A DNA stretch of 64,000 nucleotides from Oikopleura dioica (lineage: Eukaryota; Animalia; Chordata). How positions within the stretch are numbered: the stretch's first letter is position 1; every line of letters begins with the position of its first letter. The translations under genes were made by a program, and so were the position numbers. The stretch spans positions 6,138,001 to 6,202,000 of the forward strand of contig OU015567.1 in assembly GCA_907165135.1 (NCBI GenBank), given 5' to 3'. This document shows, in pieces, positions 1 through 13,100 of the stretch. The notes below the pieces were generated by a model. That model made no database searches. It was not told the DNA's origin and saw nothing but the letters and a program-made list of their open reading frames with translations.

Positions 1-843
1 CGGAAATTGCATTGAGCGCTGACCCTGAAAGCGATCAGCAGTGCATGTCGATTATTTTGTCCTTCGCGAGTCCTGACAGTCCGGATTATCCGAGCTCGAA
101 GACATCCAGTGCCTGGGAGCTTTACAAAACATCACCGGTTAAGAAAACAGAGACGGCAAAGCCAAAACAGAAGAAGAAACCTAAGAAAGCAGCTCCGAAA
201 TCGACCGCAGAAAAGATTCTCGATGCGCTCAGCCACGAGGAAAGAATGCTGCTGGCTGAGGTTGGCCCCCGCGGCCAGCACAGACTTGGCCAGGTTGCGC
301 TCTTGCTGGATAGTGGCAAGTTTGAAAAACTTTCTAGTATTAATTGCCAAAATGAGAAAGGATTCACACCACTATATTTGGGTACGAAAAACTTATTCTT
401 CTTTCCTTCGAGCGATTTTTAGCTGTGAGCGGCAACCACGTGGAAATCTCCAAGCTGCTTATAAATGCTATTCTGGACAAAGAAGACCATCCTCGAAAGA
501 AAAACACTTCTTTGAACCACAAATTCGGAAAAGAACTCAATTCCGTTCTTCACATCGCAACTGAGCAGGGCAATATTCTTCTCGTTCACGCCTTACTTGA
601 GTACGTCAACTATCTCTTTCTTATGTAATTTTCAAATAGAGCCGGTGCGAGTATGAAGATGAAGAATGCAAAGGATCAGACCCCATTTGATCTTGCTCAA
701 TGCGGAAGCAGTTCCAAAATAACCGCTTTGTTCAACCAACATCAAGGAAAACTTCTCCTCGAGTCTCAACTACGTAAGATTTTCAAAACGACTTCCGTAA
801 CACAGACTCTTTAGAATCGAATCAACTCATGAAGACCTTTTAA
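1..843 (+). CDS. Ankyrin-repeat protein, 3' part (multi-exon, starts before window)
   Basis: Spliced translation gives ankyrin motifs GFTPL..A, NSVLHIATEQGNILLVHALLE, KDQTPFDLA; short GT-AG introns (e.g. 382-422); stop TAA 841-843. Confidence 0.75.
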
Positions 844-1009
844 TCCATCAACTTTTGATGATCCACCCTCAAAATCCTCCTCTTTCTGTACAAAGTGTTT
901 CTTTACTGATCTATTTTTCTACAACCCAACTTTTTCAAGATTTCTTATTTTCTTATGACTTTCAAAATTTCTTCTTCTTAGTTTAATCTTGCTAGAATCA
1001 AAAGAAATC

Positions 1010-3050
1010 ATGTTCGGAGGCGGGGGATTCGGGTCAAACAGTAACAGCGGCTTCGGCAATTCTGGCGGAAGCTCGTTATTTGGAAATAACCAGAACAAGA
1101 GCAACTCGCTTTTTGGAAACAATCAGAATAATTCTGGTAAGAGTTACACATTTTTTGCTTTTTTATCCAGTTCTAGGTGGAGGAATGTTTGGCGGTGGAA
1201 ACAACACCTCTAACAGTTTCTCCTTCGGAGGAAACAGCAATTCGAACAGTGGAACATCCCTCTTCGGCGGCAACAATACATCATCATCATCCAGGTATCT
1301 TTCGGCAAAAATACAGTTTTATGAGGCCTTTTTTCCAGTCTTTTTGGAAACAATAGCAACAACCAAAATTCCTCGTCGCTTTTTGGCAGTTCAAACAACC
1401 AGAACAACTCTGGCGGTGGCCTATTCGGCAATAGCAACAATCAATCCAGTGGTTCTTCCCTTTTTGGCAATTCTGGAAGCAGCTTTGGCAACTCTGGCAA
1501 TGGAACTGCTCAAAAATTTGAGGTGCCTTATTCTTTTTCTCCTTTTTTCTTTTTCAAACAATTTTAGCCGAAAATGTCTACCGATACAAATCCACGGGGC
1601 GGCTCGCAAAACATCAAAATGCTCTGCTACTCTGCCATGTCTCACGCGCAAAACAAATCCTTGGAAGAACTTAGAATAGAAGACTACATGTCCAACAGAA
1701 AAGTAAGTTTTAAAAGATCCTAAAAATACCTTTGACCTTGAGTGAACCTTGAGCTTCAAAGTAGCCAAGAAAAGATAGTAGGGTTCGAATAATTAGTGAT
1801 AAGTCACACGTCAAAATTGCGCTTGAAAATGAAAATAAAAAGAGAATAGAATGAATCCGCCTATTTTCGTTTTTACGGGAGCGACAAACGTAAAGAATAT
1901 TTTAGTAAAATTTTTTTATCAAGAAAATTATATAATTTTATTGGTAATAAAATTGAAGAAAATTGAGCAGAAAATTACTTCCTTTATATTTTTTTATCGA
2001 TACGTGCACAAATTAAATTTCATTATCGTGCACGTTTTATGACTAGAAATCAATAATTACGAAGCAAAGATTGAAGTTTTTAGCACTTTCAGCTACAAGA
2101 ATATTCAATCTGTATTTACGACTTTTTTAGTCCGGATCGGGGGTGGAAGCAGCCTCTTTGGTTCCTCTTCAAATACGAATTCCTCCTCGGGTGGCGGCTT
2201 ATTCGGGAACAGCAACAGCACGAGCTCATTTGGAAACAACAACAGCAATTCATTATTCGGCAACAAGTCGACTTCCAACACCGGCGGCGGTCTTTTCGGA
2301 AACAACACGTCGAACAGCAACAGTGGAGGGGGCTTATTTGGAAATAACAATCAGAACAAGTCTTCGTTTGGATTCGGCAACAACTCGAGCACCAACAACA
2401 CTGGCGGAAGTCTCTTTGGAAACAACAACTCGAATTCTGGAAATAGCGGCGGTCTCTTCGGCAATTCGAACAATACATCCAACTCTGGTGGCAGCCTCTT
2501 CGGCAATAACAACTCTACGTCTACCTTCGGCAACAGCAACAACACGGGCGGCTCGCTCTTTGGCAACAACAACTCGAACAGCAACTCAGGCGGCGGTTTA
2601 TTCGGAAACAACAACGCAAACAAACCAGCCAGTGGCAGCCTCTTCGGAAATACAAGCACCAGCAATACTGGCGGCTCTCTCTTCGGCAATAACACCAATA
2701 ATTCCAGCGGAGGTGGTCTGTTCGGGAATAACAACGCTAACAAGCCGGCCAGCGGCGGTCTCTTTGGAAACACGACCACATCCTCATCGGGAGGCGGCTT
2801 GTTTGGAAACACAAACAACAAGCCTGCCGCGACCAACAGCTTTAGCTTCGGCAACACTTCCACCTCTACCTCTGGAGGAGGCCTTTTCGGCAACACGAAC
2901 AACACCGGCGGTGGTGGACTTTTTGGTAACACGGCGAACAAACCTGCAAGCGGAGGTCTCTTCGGCGGATCGACCAATACTGGCGGCTCGTTATTCAGCA
3001 GCAACACGACCAACAACGCCAACAACACGCAAGTTGCTCAACCCGCGCCA
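1010..3050 (+). repeat. Asn/Ser-rich FG-repeat coding region of NUP98
   Basis: Many GG(S/G)LFG(N) units separated by N/S/T spacers in the exons at 1010-1550 and 2131-3050. Confidence 0.9.
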
Positions 3051-6000
3051 CAGGTTAACATCGATGCAACTCTGCAGCAGCTGATATCCAATCCTTACGG
3101 AGACTCGCCGCTTTTTAGAAATACAATTGTCGACAAAGGTAATAAAAAAACTTTTGAAGCTGATCGCATTGACCTATTTGTTTCTAGCGAAATTGCAAGA
3201 GCAATTGCAGCCGGTTTCACCGATCGCGCAGAAAGCTGCTTTGCAACCAGCTTACAAAGTGACGACTAAGCCAACTAGATCTGTTCTCAAGCCGCAGGTA
3301 AGACTTCTTCAATCTGATCATACTCTCATTATTTTTATAGCAACAACGATCTAACAACCGCTCTCTTTTCATCGGACTTGAGGAAGAAGCCGACACTTCA
3401 TTGAACAGCTCTCAGCTCCGTCCCAAGAAGTCCGTGAAGAAACTCACCGTGAAAGTCAACACATCTCGTCGAGGCAACGACTCCGTCTTGTTCAACAAGA
3501 CCAAAGAGACAGATACAACAGTGAGCTCTCTTCCTGCTACTCCTCGAACTGGGCGCATTCCGCTCAATCTTGAGCCAGCGACTTCTGATTTGACTAGCAG
3601 CAACGGCTTGGATACGTACATTGCTTCTCCAGAACGAAATGGACAAGCGAGCAATGAACAAAACTCGCTGGACTCGATTCGACGAGACTTCAAAGAGCGA
3701 CTCAACGAATCTTCTTTCCTTGACTCGAACAGAACAACACCCGCTTCTGAAATTGAGAACTCGATCGTTGAGAGCGAACCTCACCCAGCTGGCATCAAGC
3801 TCAACCGGCCAGGCTACGAAACAAGCCCGCCGCTTGCTGACATTCCTGGGCTGAATGAAAACGGAGAATGCTGGGTTAAGGACTTTGCCGTCACTCGACG
3901 AAATTATGGACGGATCTTTTGGCCAGGACGAATCAACATTGCTGGGCTTGATTTGGATCAAATCGTTGAGATCAAACGAAAATCTGTCGTTGTCTACCCT
4001 GAAGAGCTGGAACATCTCAAGCCACCGCAAGGAAATGGACTCAATCAGAAAGCAGAAGTGAGTTTGGTCCATACCTACCCAAGAAACAAGGAAACGCAAG
4101 AAATGATCAAGGATCCAGAGCGAATGGAGCAAATGGGATGGCCAGCCAAGTTAGAGCGAGCGACGGAAAAGATGGGTGCGCGATTCCTCGATTTCGATCT
4201 GGAAACTGGAACCTGGTCGTTTTCAGTGAAGCATTTCTCCAAGTATGAGCTTGCTGACTCTGACGAAGAATGCGAGCCAACTCCGAAAGGAGCAGGGATT
4301 GCGGAGAAGCTTCCATTGCCGAGAATCGGTGCTCAGATCAAGCAGAAAAGCCTGCTCAAGATTGATGAAGAGCCAGTTGGATTAGGTAAGATTCAAACAA
4401 ACCAGGACGCGATTACTCGACCGGCTGTAATAGAGAACAAGCGGCTTTTAGCATTGCAAATTAATGGTTATCTTGTTAAGCTCGGATAAGTGGAAGATTA
4501 GACGGATTAAATTTACATCAATTTTGATCCGATATCAACCTTCAAATTTTCTGACTAATCAATCAAATATATAATCTTCAGTAATTTTTCAAAAGCAGCT
4601 TCGATATCATAAAAATGGGCAACAAGATCAATCAATATTAACTTCATTATCATCTTAGTCAAAATAAATGTCTTTTGATTGTATAAGATGGGGTAACAAG
4701 GTGTTATCACATCTCTAATTATACGGGATAAGCTAGATAATTTAAACGAAGTAGAAAACATTAAATTAGGTAAGATTTTATAACACTCTGGTTCAGGCGG
4801 TGGCGATATCGATCAAAAAGACGAGGAAGAAGAATTCGAGATGATCACTAGCCACGACAGATCGCACGTGAACGAGCTCCCCACAGCCAACACCATCAAC
4901 GGGTGTCAAAAAATTCAGGTTATCCTCTCTACTTGAAACCTTTCTGTTCAACTAGATACATGAAATAAAATATATAATTGAAAATCAACAAACTTTGCAT
5001 TGAAATTGTGTTGACGGTCTTTTGTAGGACATGAAGTTCTCATTCTTCGGCCACGACGAAGAAATGACAACGCAAAATGAGCCGATCACCAGTTTCAGTC
5101 ACTCCGTTCTCCCCAAGGTTGTGTTTTGTTGTTTGCAGTACATTGTTCATATTTTTTGTAGTCTTCCGACTCTTTTGTTGCGAATCAGAGCGTTAATGCA
5201 AAGTTGAATGCCTCTCTCAATTTCGATCCACTGAGCATTTCTATTTTCAATCCAAGACCAGAGCTCCGCAAGACAGATCCGACTCCCTCCCAGTTCCAGG
5301 AGACCACCCTAAATACTTCCACAATTGGAGACATAAGGACCGCATCCAGACGCCGTCACCGTGTCCAACTTGGAGCAACACCACTTGGTGAACAAACTTG
5401 GTCTCGAAAAGTCGCAACGCTGTTGAAACTCAACAAACAAGTCAACGACGGAAACACTTTCCGATGCGGATGGGACAACAAGGCCAACTACGCTCACGGA
5501 GGCGCTGCAGTCAAAAAGTCAGCCCGGAAGCAAACGACGCGAGAATTCTCACCCAGTCACGTGGCTCCGTAGCTGGTTTTCCGGCAAATCTGAGAAATGG
5601 TGCTCTTACGGTTCGCCTCTCTGAAGACGAGAAGATTTCCCAGAAAAAGATCATCCACTGCTTTATCGACCATGCCAAGTTTGAAGACTACGAAGATTAC
5701 GAATTTGTAGCCAGACAATTGCAGTTTGATGAGAGCAGGGCTCAATCACTGATGACCTCTCTCCTCGCCTTGGCGAAAGAATCTGTCGACGCTCAAACCT
5801 CCACTTTCAACAGTATCCAATACGATATCGTGTCTCTCATCACTGCTCTCTGGAACGATTTGACTTGCAAAGATATCAAAGCGCTTAAAATCCGGGAACG
5901 AAGAAAACAGCTGTCGGACTGGCTCGCCAACTGCGTTTCCCAAACAATTGCTAGTGTTTCTGAAGACGTTTCTTCAGCACCAAAGCGAATTCGATACCTC

Positions 6001-7681
6001 CTCAGCGGAAACCAGGTCCAAGAAGCTATTTCCGTCGCTCAGAAAAACGGACTCTTCCAACTCTCTCTTCTGATCCCCCTCGCCGGAAGTGACCGAGTCC
6101 AGCAAATGCTCACCCAACAGCTCGCCGAGTGGAAGGAGAATAGAATCGACACGACCATCGACGAGGATATTTACATGATCTACCAAATCCTAGCTGGTAG
6201 GCCGAAAAATGTCAAGACGGAAGGAGAAGTGAATGTCTTGAGCGATCTTGATTGGCGGCGCGCTTTTGGTTTCTTCTTGTGGCACTGCTCGACGAATGAA
6301 AATGATCTTATTGACGCCATTGATTTGTATGAAGAAGCGTTTACATCTGGCCACTGCGCTTATCCTGTGCCTCTGAAGCTCCAGCAGCGAATTCCCGAAG
6401 GTATGAAGGATATCTTCCCATCTACCGACATCTTCGACATTTTATACATGATCTTGAAGCTCTACAGAAACTCGTAAGTTTAACCCCTCCCTTCCACTTT
6501 ATTAACACTCCCTATCTTCAAGCCATGAGCCACTGAACAAGCTTCTCATCCCTGAGACAGCTGGTACAGAGTCGGTTGATCACCGACTCTCCTTTTTGGT
6601 TTACATTCTTTTGCGAACCTTGGGCTACACCACAGATGACCAAAGCGAGCAAATACTGATCACTGCCTTTTCAAGCGAGTTGGAAAACAACGGCTTATGG
6701 GAAGAAGCCATCGCCGTTTCTCTCATGCTCGAGGATCCAAGGTAAAAACGAGTTCTGATAGCAATAACACATTCTTTAGCGACCGAGAAAGGTTCGCACG
6801 ACAGATTCTAAAGCGAAATGTCAAAGTTCAAGATGTCGACTTCCAATTTTTGACGAATACATGTTTCATCGACGAGAAGTGGATTTTCGAAGTTAAAGCT
6901 CTTGAAGCCCGTCGATGGAAGGATTGGAGAGAATGCTTTGACTTCTTAGTCAAGGCAGATTTGCCCAACGCTGCACACAAGGTTTCATACATTCTTTTGT
7001 CGTTAATGAATATTTACATTTTCAGATAATGATGGAGCATATCATTGCCGAAGCACTTGTGAATGGTGAGAGTGAATACTTAGAAGAAAAATTGAGTCTG
7101 CTACGAGAGGCTGATGAGCAAATTGAAAACTGGGATCTACAAGGACTTGTGTACCTTGACTACTTCACTGCCGTAACTATTATTGAAAAGCTCAAGCAAA
7201 ACCCATCGGTATGGCTTCCCGACGCGTCCTCATATTTATTATATTTTCACTAGCCCTCGATCGACGAAATAACTCGCTTAGACGAGCTGGCACCGCAGCT
7301 TGCCGATTTGATCACTAGGATCGGCGGCCTCTCAGCTGCGAAGCCCATCGATTGTCTCGCCCGAGCAGGTGCAGTTATAAAATGCATTAATCGATATGAT
7401 GCTCTGATATAATATCAGTGATATTCTTTATGTCTGTCAATCAAACTCAGAAAATCATCCTCATCCTAGAACTCGCTCGGGGAGCCCTGCATTTATGGAA
7501 GCTTCGCCGCTTTATGCTCGAATCTCATAATTCGGGAATGAGTGGCAAGAATGAATTGGAAGAAATTGAAGAGTTAGAAAGCCTTGTCCAGGCGGCCCGT
7601 ATGCCTGGCGATTACGCAAGCAAAGTTATCAGAAAGGGACTTCAACGAATGCTGATGGGCGAAGAGCTAGAATCGTTTTAG
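1010..7681 (+). CDS. NUP98: Nucleoporin Nup98-Nup96 precursor
   Basis: SLFG/GLFG repeats, GLEBS-like segment (NKSLEELRIEDYM, ~1650-1700), autoproteolytic domain with HFSKY (4232-4246), Nup96 region (FRCGW, DWRRAFGFFLW, GLWEEAIAV); stop at 7681. Confidence 0.95.
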
Positions 7682-7966
7682 AGTGTTTAATCTGCATCTT
7701 CCATTTTATCTGTACTTGAAAGAAATTGAGTGATTCAGAAGCAAAGAAATATTAGTTCAAATCAATGACCACTACTAGTTTATATCTCCTCCACTTTTCC
7801 TCTAATAATAACAATATTACAATTGTGACTTCAGTTTTATCCTCCCTCGCGTTATCTGCATACATGTGAATTGATACAAAATTCAAATCATGACGAATGA
7901 AATTGTGTTTAACTGCCCTTCACTATCATTTTATTACATTTGTTTCTATTCAGATAATTAGTTGAT

Positions 7967-9175
7967 ATGGTATCAGAAGAGGAGAAAATATGGGTCCCGT
8001 CATATGAAACTCGTGATATTGAAGAATCCGAGCCTAAACCCATGAGTCTTGGAGAATCGATGATCTTAGGAATGCGTTTTATTGTTTTATGAAAGACATG
8101 AAGTCAGTATGAAGTATTTTTAAAACGATCAAAAGGTGCGGCCTGGACAGCAGTCTACCTGACTCTTCCCATATCATATTTCTACGTCTGGAAAAAGCGC
8201 AAACAAAACGAAGAAGTGATCGTCACACGCCTCGGGCGCGTACAAAAGCCAACAAAGGGCTCGTATTTGCAAAAACTCCCATTCATTGATAGCGAGGTCT
8301 CGATTAGCCTGGAACCAAAAACTTCGTCAATCAAAAAGCATCTTTTACTGACTCTGGATAAAGCCGCTGTTTTGGTCGGAGTCGACGTCGAGTGGCGCGT
8401 TAGTGATGCTGTTGTTGCTTACAAATCGGCGACAAATTTTGAGGAGTGCTTTTTGAACGCGCTGAGGCCTGTGCTGAGGAAGAGAATTGAAAGAACTGTC
8501 ATCAGGGTGCTCGCTACGGAACAAAGTAGTCTTGAGTCCAAGCTCCGCACCGACTTCAACTACGAAGGGCAGCTTTATGGCATCGCTGTCGACGCAGTCG
8601 TCCTACACGTCGAAGCTTCCGCGACACAACCTTATCTCAGCGGTCGAAAAGCTGATGTTGAGCTTGAGCTTCCTGCCGATCCAATGGCCGCAGCTCTTAA
8701 TGGAGCGCCAGTTCCATCAATGGGCAACTTTGGCGATGTTCTTCGAAACGCTGGATCCGCCCTCCCGCCAAATCTAATGGAAGATCTCATTGGGGGCTTG
8801 GCGAATCATCCTGGCTTTACGAATATTCTTCAAAACTTGGGTCAATCTCAAACTTCATCTGACTCGCCGCTCGAAAAGCCGAAAACGATAGAAGAGATTG
8901 TATCATTTTTCAAATCAAAGAATCTACGACTCAAGAAACGACTAGACGTTATCATCGACAATGAAACTACAATTATAATCACTGATACTGGAATTCACGA
9001 ATCACTCGTCGACGCATGCAACCAATTCATCCCCGCAGCCGAAGTTAAACTGTCGCTCGAAGATTTGGCAGCTTTTATCGCTCGAGAACAAAGCTACTTG
9101 GAAGCTTATCAAGCCGGAAAGGTAGCATTCAGTGGAGACGCATCGCTAATCAAAGATTTACTTCAACAACTTTAA
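7967..9175 (+). CDS. STOML1: Stomatin-like protein 1 (SPFH/band-7 domain plus C-terminal SCP2 sterol-carrier domain)
   Basis: Hydrophobic hairpin YLTLPISYFYVWK, VIVTRLGR..LPFID (SPFH), C-terminal AYQAGKVAFSGDASL (SCP2); one intron near 8075-8140. Confidence 0.8.
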
Positions 9176-9632
9176 TCACTTCTTTTCTGACTGCACTACT
9201 TCTGTACACTGTAAATTTAATTATTCAGATAACACTAATAAATTGTATTTTTGTAAACTTATTCAATTACTTTCGGGAAAAGTACAAATTTGGGGGTCGA
9301 TGGAAATCAGTTAATCGGAAGATTATTCTCTCCTACGCTCGTTAGTCTAGTCAGAAGACCGGTTCTTAATGATATCTAAAGGGAAATGATATTATCTGAT
9401 ATCTCATTAAGTTCAAGATGTGCTCAAGATGTGCTCAATGACCATTTACTTACATTCGTTGATTATTATTTCCACTACTCGCGACAACCGGTAGATCTTC
9501 GATCGAATTAATTGTATATATTTCTGAACCGAGTGTTGGTAAACTGTTCGTTTAGTTAGTTTGAGTGATGAACGCTTCCGTAAATTGAATAGGATGAGAA
9601 TCGAGAGCAAAAAATTTTATGTAATGCATTCG

Positions 9633-9997
9633 TCAAGTCTTTATTTTGAGCTTATCTCTGATAAGAATAACAAATTTGACGTAAAATACGGTAACAGTGG
9701 CTTTCAGCCTTTTCTTGAGATGGTAAGTTTGTACAAAAATAAATATCGTACTTGAATCAATCACTCAAACTCTACTCACGGAATTAAGATAAGAAGTTGA
9801 AAACATTTTTTGATTGATGAGTACTTATCGTTTTCCTCTTTGTAAAATGGGAGAGTGCCGAGGATATATTTATCAATAGAATCGCGCACTTTTTCAAATT
9901 TTAATAAGTTTTCAAAGCCTGATTGCGAACCAGTGCTGTAATAAATACGCAAATTATCACCTTCGTTTCGGAACGATATTGCGCTTTGATGATTCAT
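9633..9997 (-). CDS. Possible small membrane protein (2 exons), head-to-head with androglobin
   Basis: ORF 9776-9997 ends at a GTGAGT donor; splicing extends a hydrophobic stretch LLILIPTIFIFV, but the intron would be only ~29 nt and no family motif is seen. Confidence 0.3.
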
Positions 9998-10189
9998 AAT
10001 CTCACTGTTATCGGATTTGAGTTGAAAAATAATATTTCGAAAATAGAAGACGAAGTTAGTTTAACTAACTAAGTTAAATCGATCATTCCTATCAAAAAGG
10101 CGTGATCTGTCGGCGTGTCTCTAGAATGCCCTGGGAACACAAACAAACAAGTCAATTTATTCAGACAGATTTCGTAAAGGACTCGGGAT

Positions 10190-13100
10190 ATGCCTCCCAA
10201 AGCTGTGCAAAAGAAGGAGTCTGGCACCATTGAATGCTCAACGTAAGTACTCTTCCTTGATTTCTTTAATTTTTCATTTTTTTCTCTGCTACCGAAAGCG
10301 ATACAAATGGTAACATTTGCTTTTTCGCTGCGGAACGGGGCACTTCCTCTTTGTCACATTTTGGGTTATAGTTTAACAATCTGGATAAAGTAGTATTTGA
10401 GTAGTTGTATAGAAGGTAAACATTCCGTTATCCGCTTCCTCCCGCACTACAATGAAATCGTCTTTTCAAAGCTTATCGCCTTGAAAAAGCTTAACTTCAA
10501 TTTTTTGTTTCCACTTCGTCAACTAAAAAAGAGAAGATGCACCGTCGTAAAACTGTTGCAGTGCCAAAGACAGTTCCCGAAAATGTCGGATTTTCGAGAC
10601 GCATGACCACGATGCAATCGAAGGAGAATAAGCCCAGAACGGAATGTTTTCGAATACCTTAAAAACAAAGCATCTTTGAAAATTATAATTGTTATTCTAA
10701 TTATAAGTCTTACATAAAAAAAATTATATAACCAGTTATATAAAAGTTGCGGATCTTATTTCTCTATAGTTTCATGTTAATGACGCTTATTACGTCCGAA
10801 TAAAGAATATTATTTGAATTGAAAAAATAATTGGAAATATAATTGAAAAATTATATTACCAATTATATAACAATTAGGGCGGTCCTTCTTCAAAATAAAA
10901 ATAAAGAATTTAATTTGATAATAACAGTATGTCCTCATTTGAGAGTTTAACTCTAATAGAGTGTGCTAAAAACTTCCTCAAGCCCAGTAATCGTCGCAAG
11001 ACCGAATATTTTGGCAAAACGCGCCCTTTCAAAAGTACTTCAGCTCGGTTGCAATTCTCTCTCGTTTGATGCTTCATATTGCAGCTTTGTTTGACTTTTG
11101 AGATTTCACCGCTACAATAAGACACATTTTCCAACTGGAGCCAATTTACAGTCTTGACCTCATAATTCTTTTGAACTAGAACATGGTCGTTTTTGCGATT
11201 TCGCGAATTGTAACCGCATAAAAAGAAATTAGCAAACGAGGTGGCTCCTTCATCTCAGGCCTTGGAAAGAAAAAGAAGCCCAAGTATGTTCTTTTTCATC
11301 TTTTTTGATGGATTTATCTTTTTTGTTTTGAAAGTATCAACAGTCTATTTTTGACAAGTGTTCTATTTGTTCACAATTCTTACGGGAATTTACTGATATT
11401 CAGGCCGGTCGAACAAAGAAACATTTTCACCTGGCCGGAATGGTGCGATTCATCAATCAACAACGAAAAATGGGACGGCGGATCATCATCGCCGAGCAAA
11501 AAGCCTGAAAAGGGTAAATCCCCCTCTCCCGCGCTCTTTGACGATCCAGAAGGGCAACCTGCCCTGCCCGAGTCATTGGCCGCCAAATGTAAGAGCTGGA
11601 AGAGGATTCCAGAGCTCTTTGCCAACGGTGGGGAACCTGCGTTTTTGAGGAGTCGCCTGGGCATGGCTACAAATCTCAGAGTCATTACAGTCAGTATCTT
11701 TCAGAGACAATCTTGTAAACATCAATTTCGACAATTTTGACAACTTAGATAAATTTACTCAGGATTAGGCTTGATCCGTAAAGAGTACTAGAAATAGACA
11801 GGAGCCAGATTTCAATTTGTAGCCAGCTGAGATTGCCCCCATCGATTGTCCAAACAAATGCCAACTTGACGTTCTCGCCCTTCATTCGACATTTATTGAG
11901 CGCTATCAGGACGGTGCAAGAATTCACGCATGAAAGCGAGGGCTTGGAGGAATTTCGCCCTGGTTATCTCATTTATTCGCTGAATAAAACTGGTGGAAAG
12001 GAGCACAAACCGCTTGTCAATAATAATGGAAAATATGCCGTCAAGGTAAGATTTAAATTTCAACTCTGAAAACATCTCCATTTTTAGTTGTATTTTATGG
12101 GCAAGTTCCGTAAAATCATCATCGACGACAATATTCCCTGCGACGAGCATGGTATTCCGCTCTTGCCAGTTTCGCAAAATATCGCAGAAATCTGGCCCTT
12201 GGTTCTGTCAAAAGCACTTCTGAAAGTTTGCTCATTTGGACTGTCGCCGCGAAGTTCTGAAATTCCCGAATTTCATCTCGTGACGGCGTTGACGGGCTGG
12301 CTGCCAGAGGTGCTGAACGGCTCCTGTGTTAAAACATGGGAGCTATTGCAGGAGTATCTGAACGAAGAACTCCTTGAGCAGGCTGCCCCAGTCGAGGAGG
12401 CGAAACCCGCGGCGAAGGAAAAAGAAGGAAAGGGTGACAAAAAAGACAAGAAGAAAAAAGACGAGGGCCCCGCTTTGCCACCAGCAAAAGTCGGTACATT
12501 CTGTCTTGCAGAGATCGAATCCCCCGATGCGCCCATCCACCCTTGTCAAATTGTCAAAGTTCGCGATCGACCGCTTCGGCCGCCATCGCCGGATCCAGAA
12601 ATCCCCGCCTGGAAACTTATCAGGCCGAAACAAGACGTCCTTGAAATGCTCGCCGAAATCGAAAAGAAACAAATTCCAAATCGCTGGTGCATGATCCGTT
12701 CTCCCTTCAAAACGGAACGCGATGAAGCGGAGGAATCAGAAGTTCCCCCGAGCGAGACCCCATCAATGCAGAGCGTGGCGAACCACACTGTCGCGAATCC
12801 AAATGACTGGATGCGAATCGAAGACATCACAAACGACGAAAACTCGCGAATCTATCTCTTCCACATTCCAAAAAGCAACGAGCTCAAAGTCACGGCGCAC
12901 GAGAAAGTGACCAATTTTGACGAGTTCTTCGTTGACGATCATCACGAGAGCTTCTTCTACGCAGACATGCCAGAGGAAAACCAGGACATTATCGTCTCCT
13001 TTCAAGTGTTGAACTCGAAGCTTCCACCAAAACCATCTTCCGCTTCCGAAATCAAGGAAGAGGAAAACCAAGGATCTGATAACGCCGTGTTTATTCCAGA

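Noticed and set aside
2105-3084. Long alternative-frame and antisense ORFs over the FG repeats
   Set aside because: Shadows of the repetitive NUP98 exon.
5498-5545. Apparent frameshift between two Nup96 ORFs
   Set aside because: Resolved by a canonical 47-nt GT-AG intron.
8075-8141. GA donor in STOML1 first intron
   Set aside because: A canonical GT donor a few bases downstream gives the same phase.
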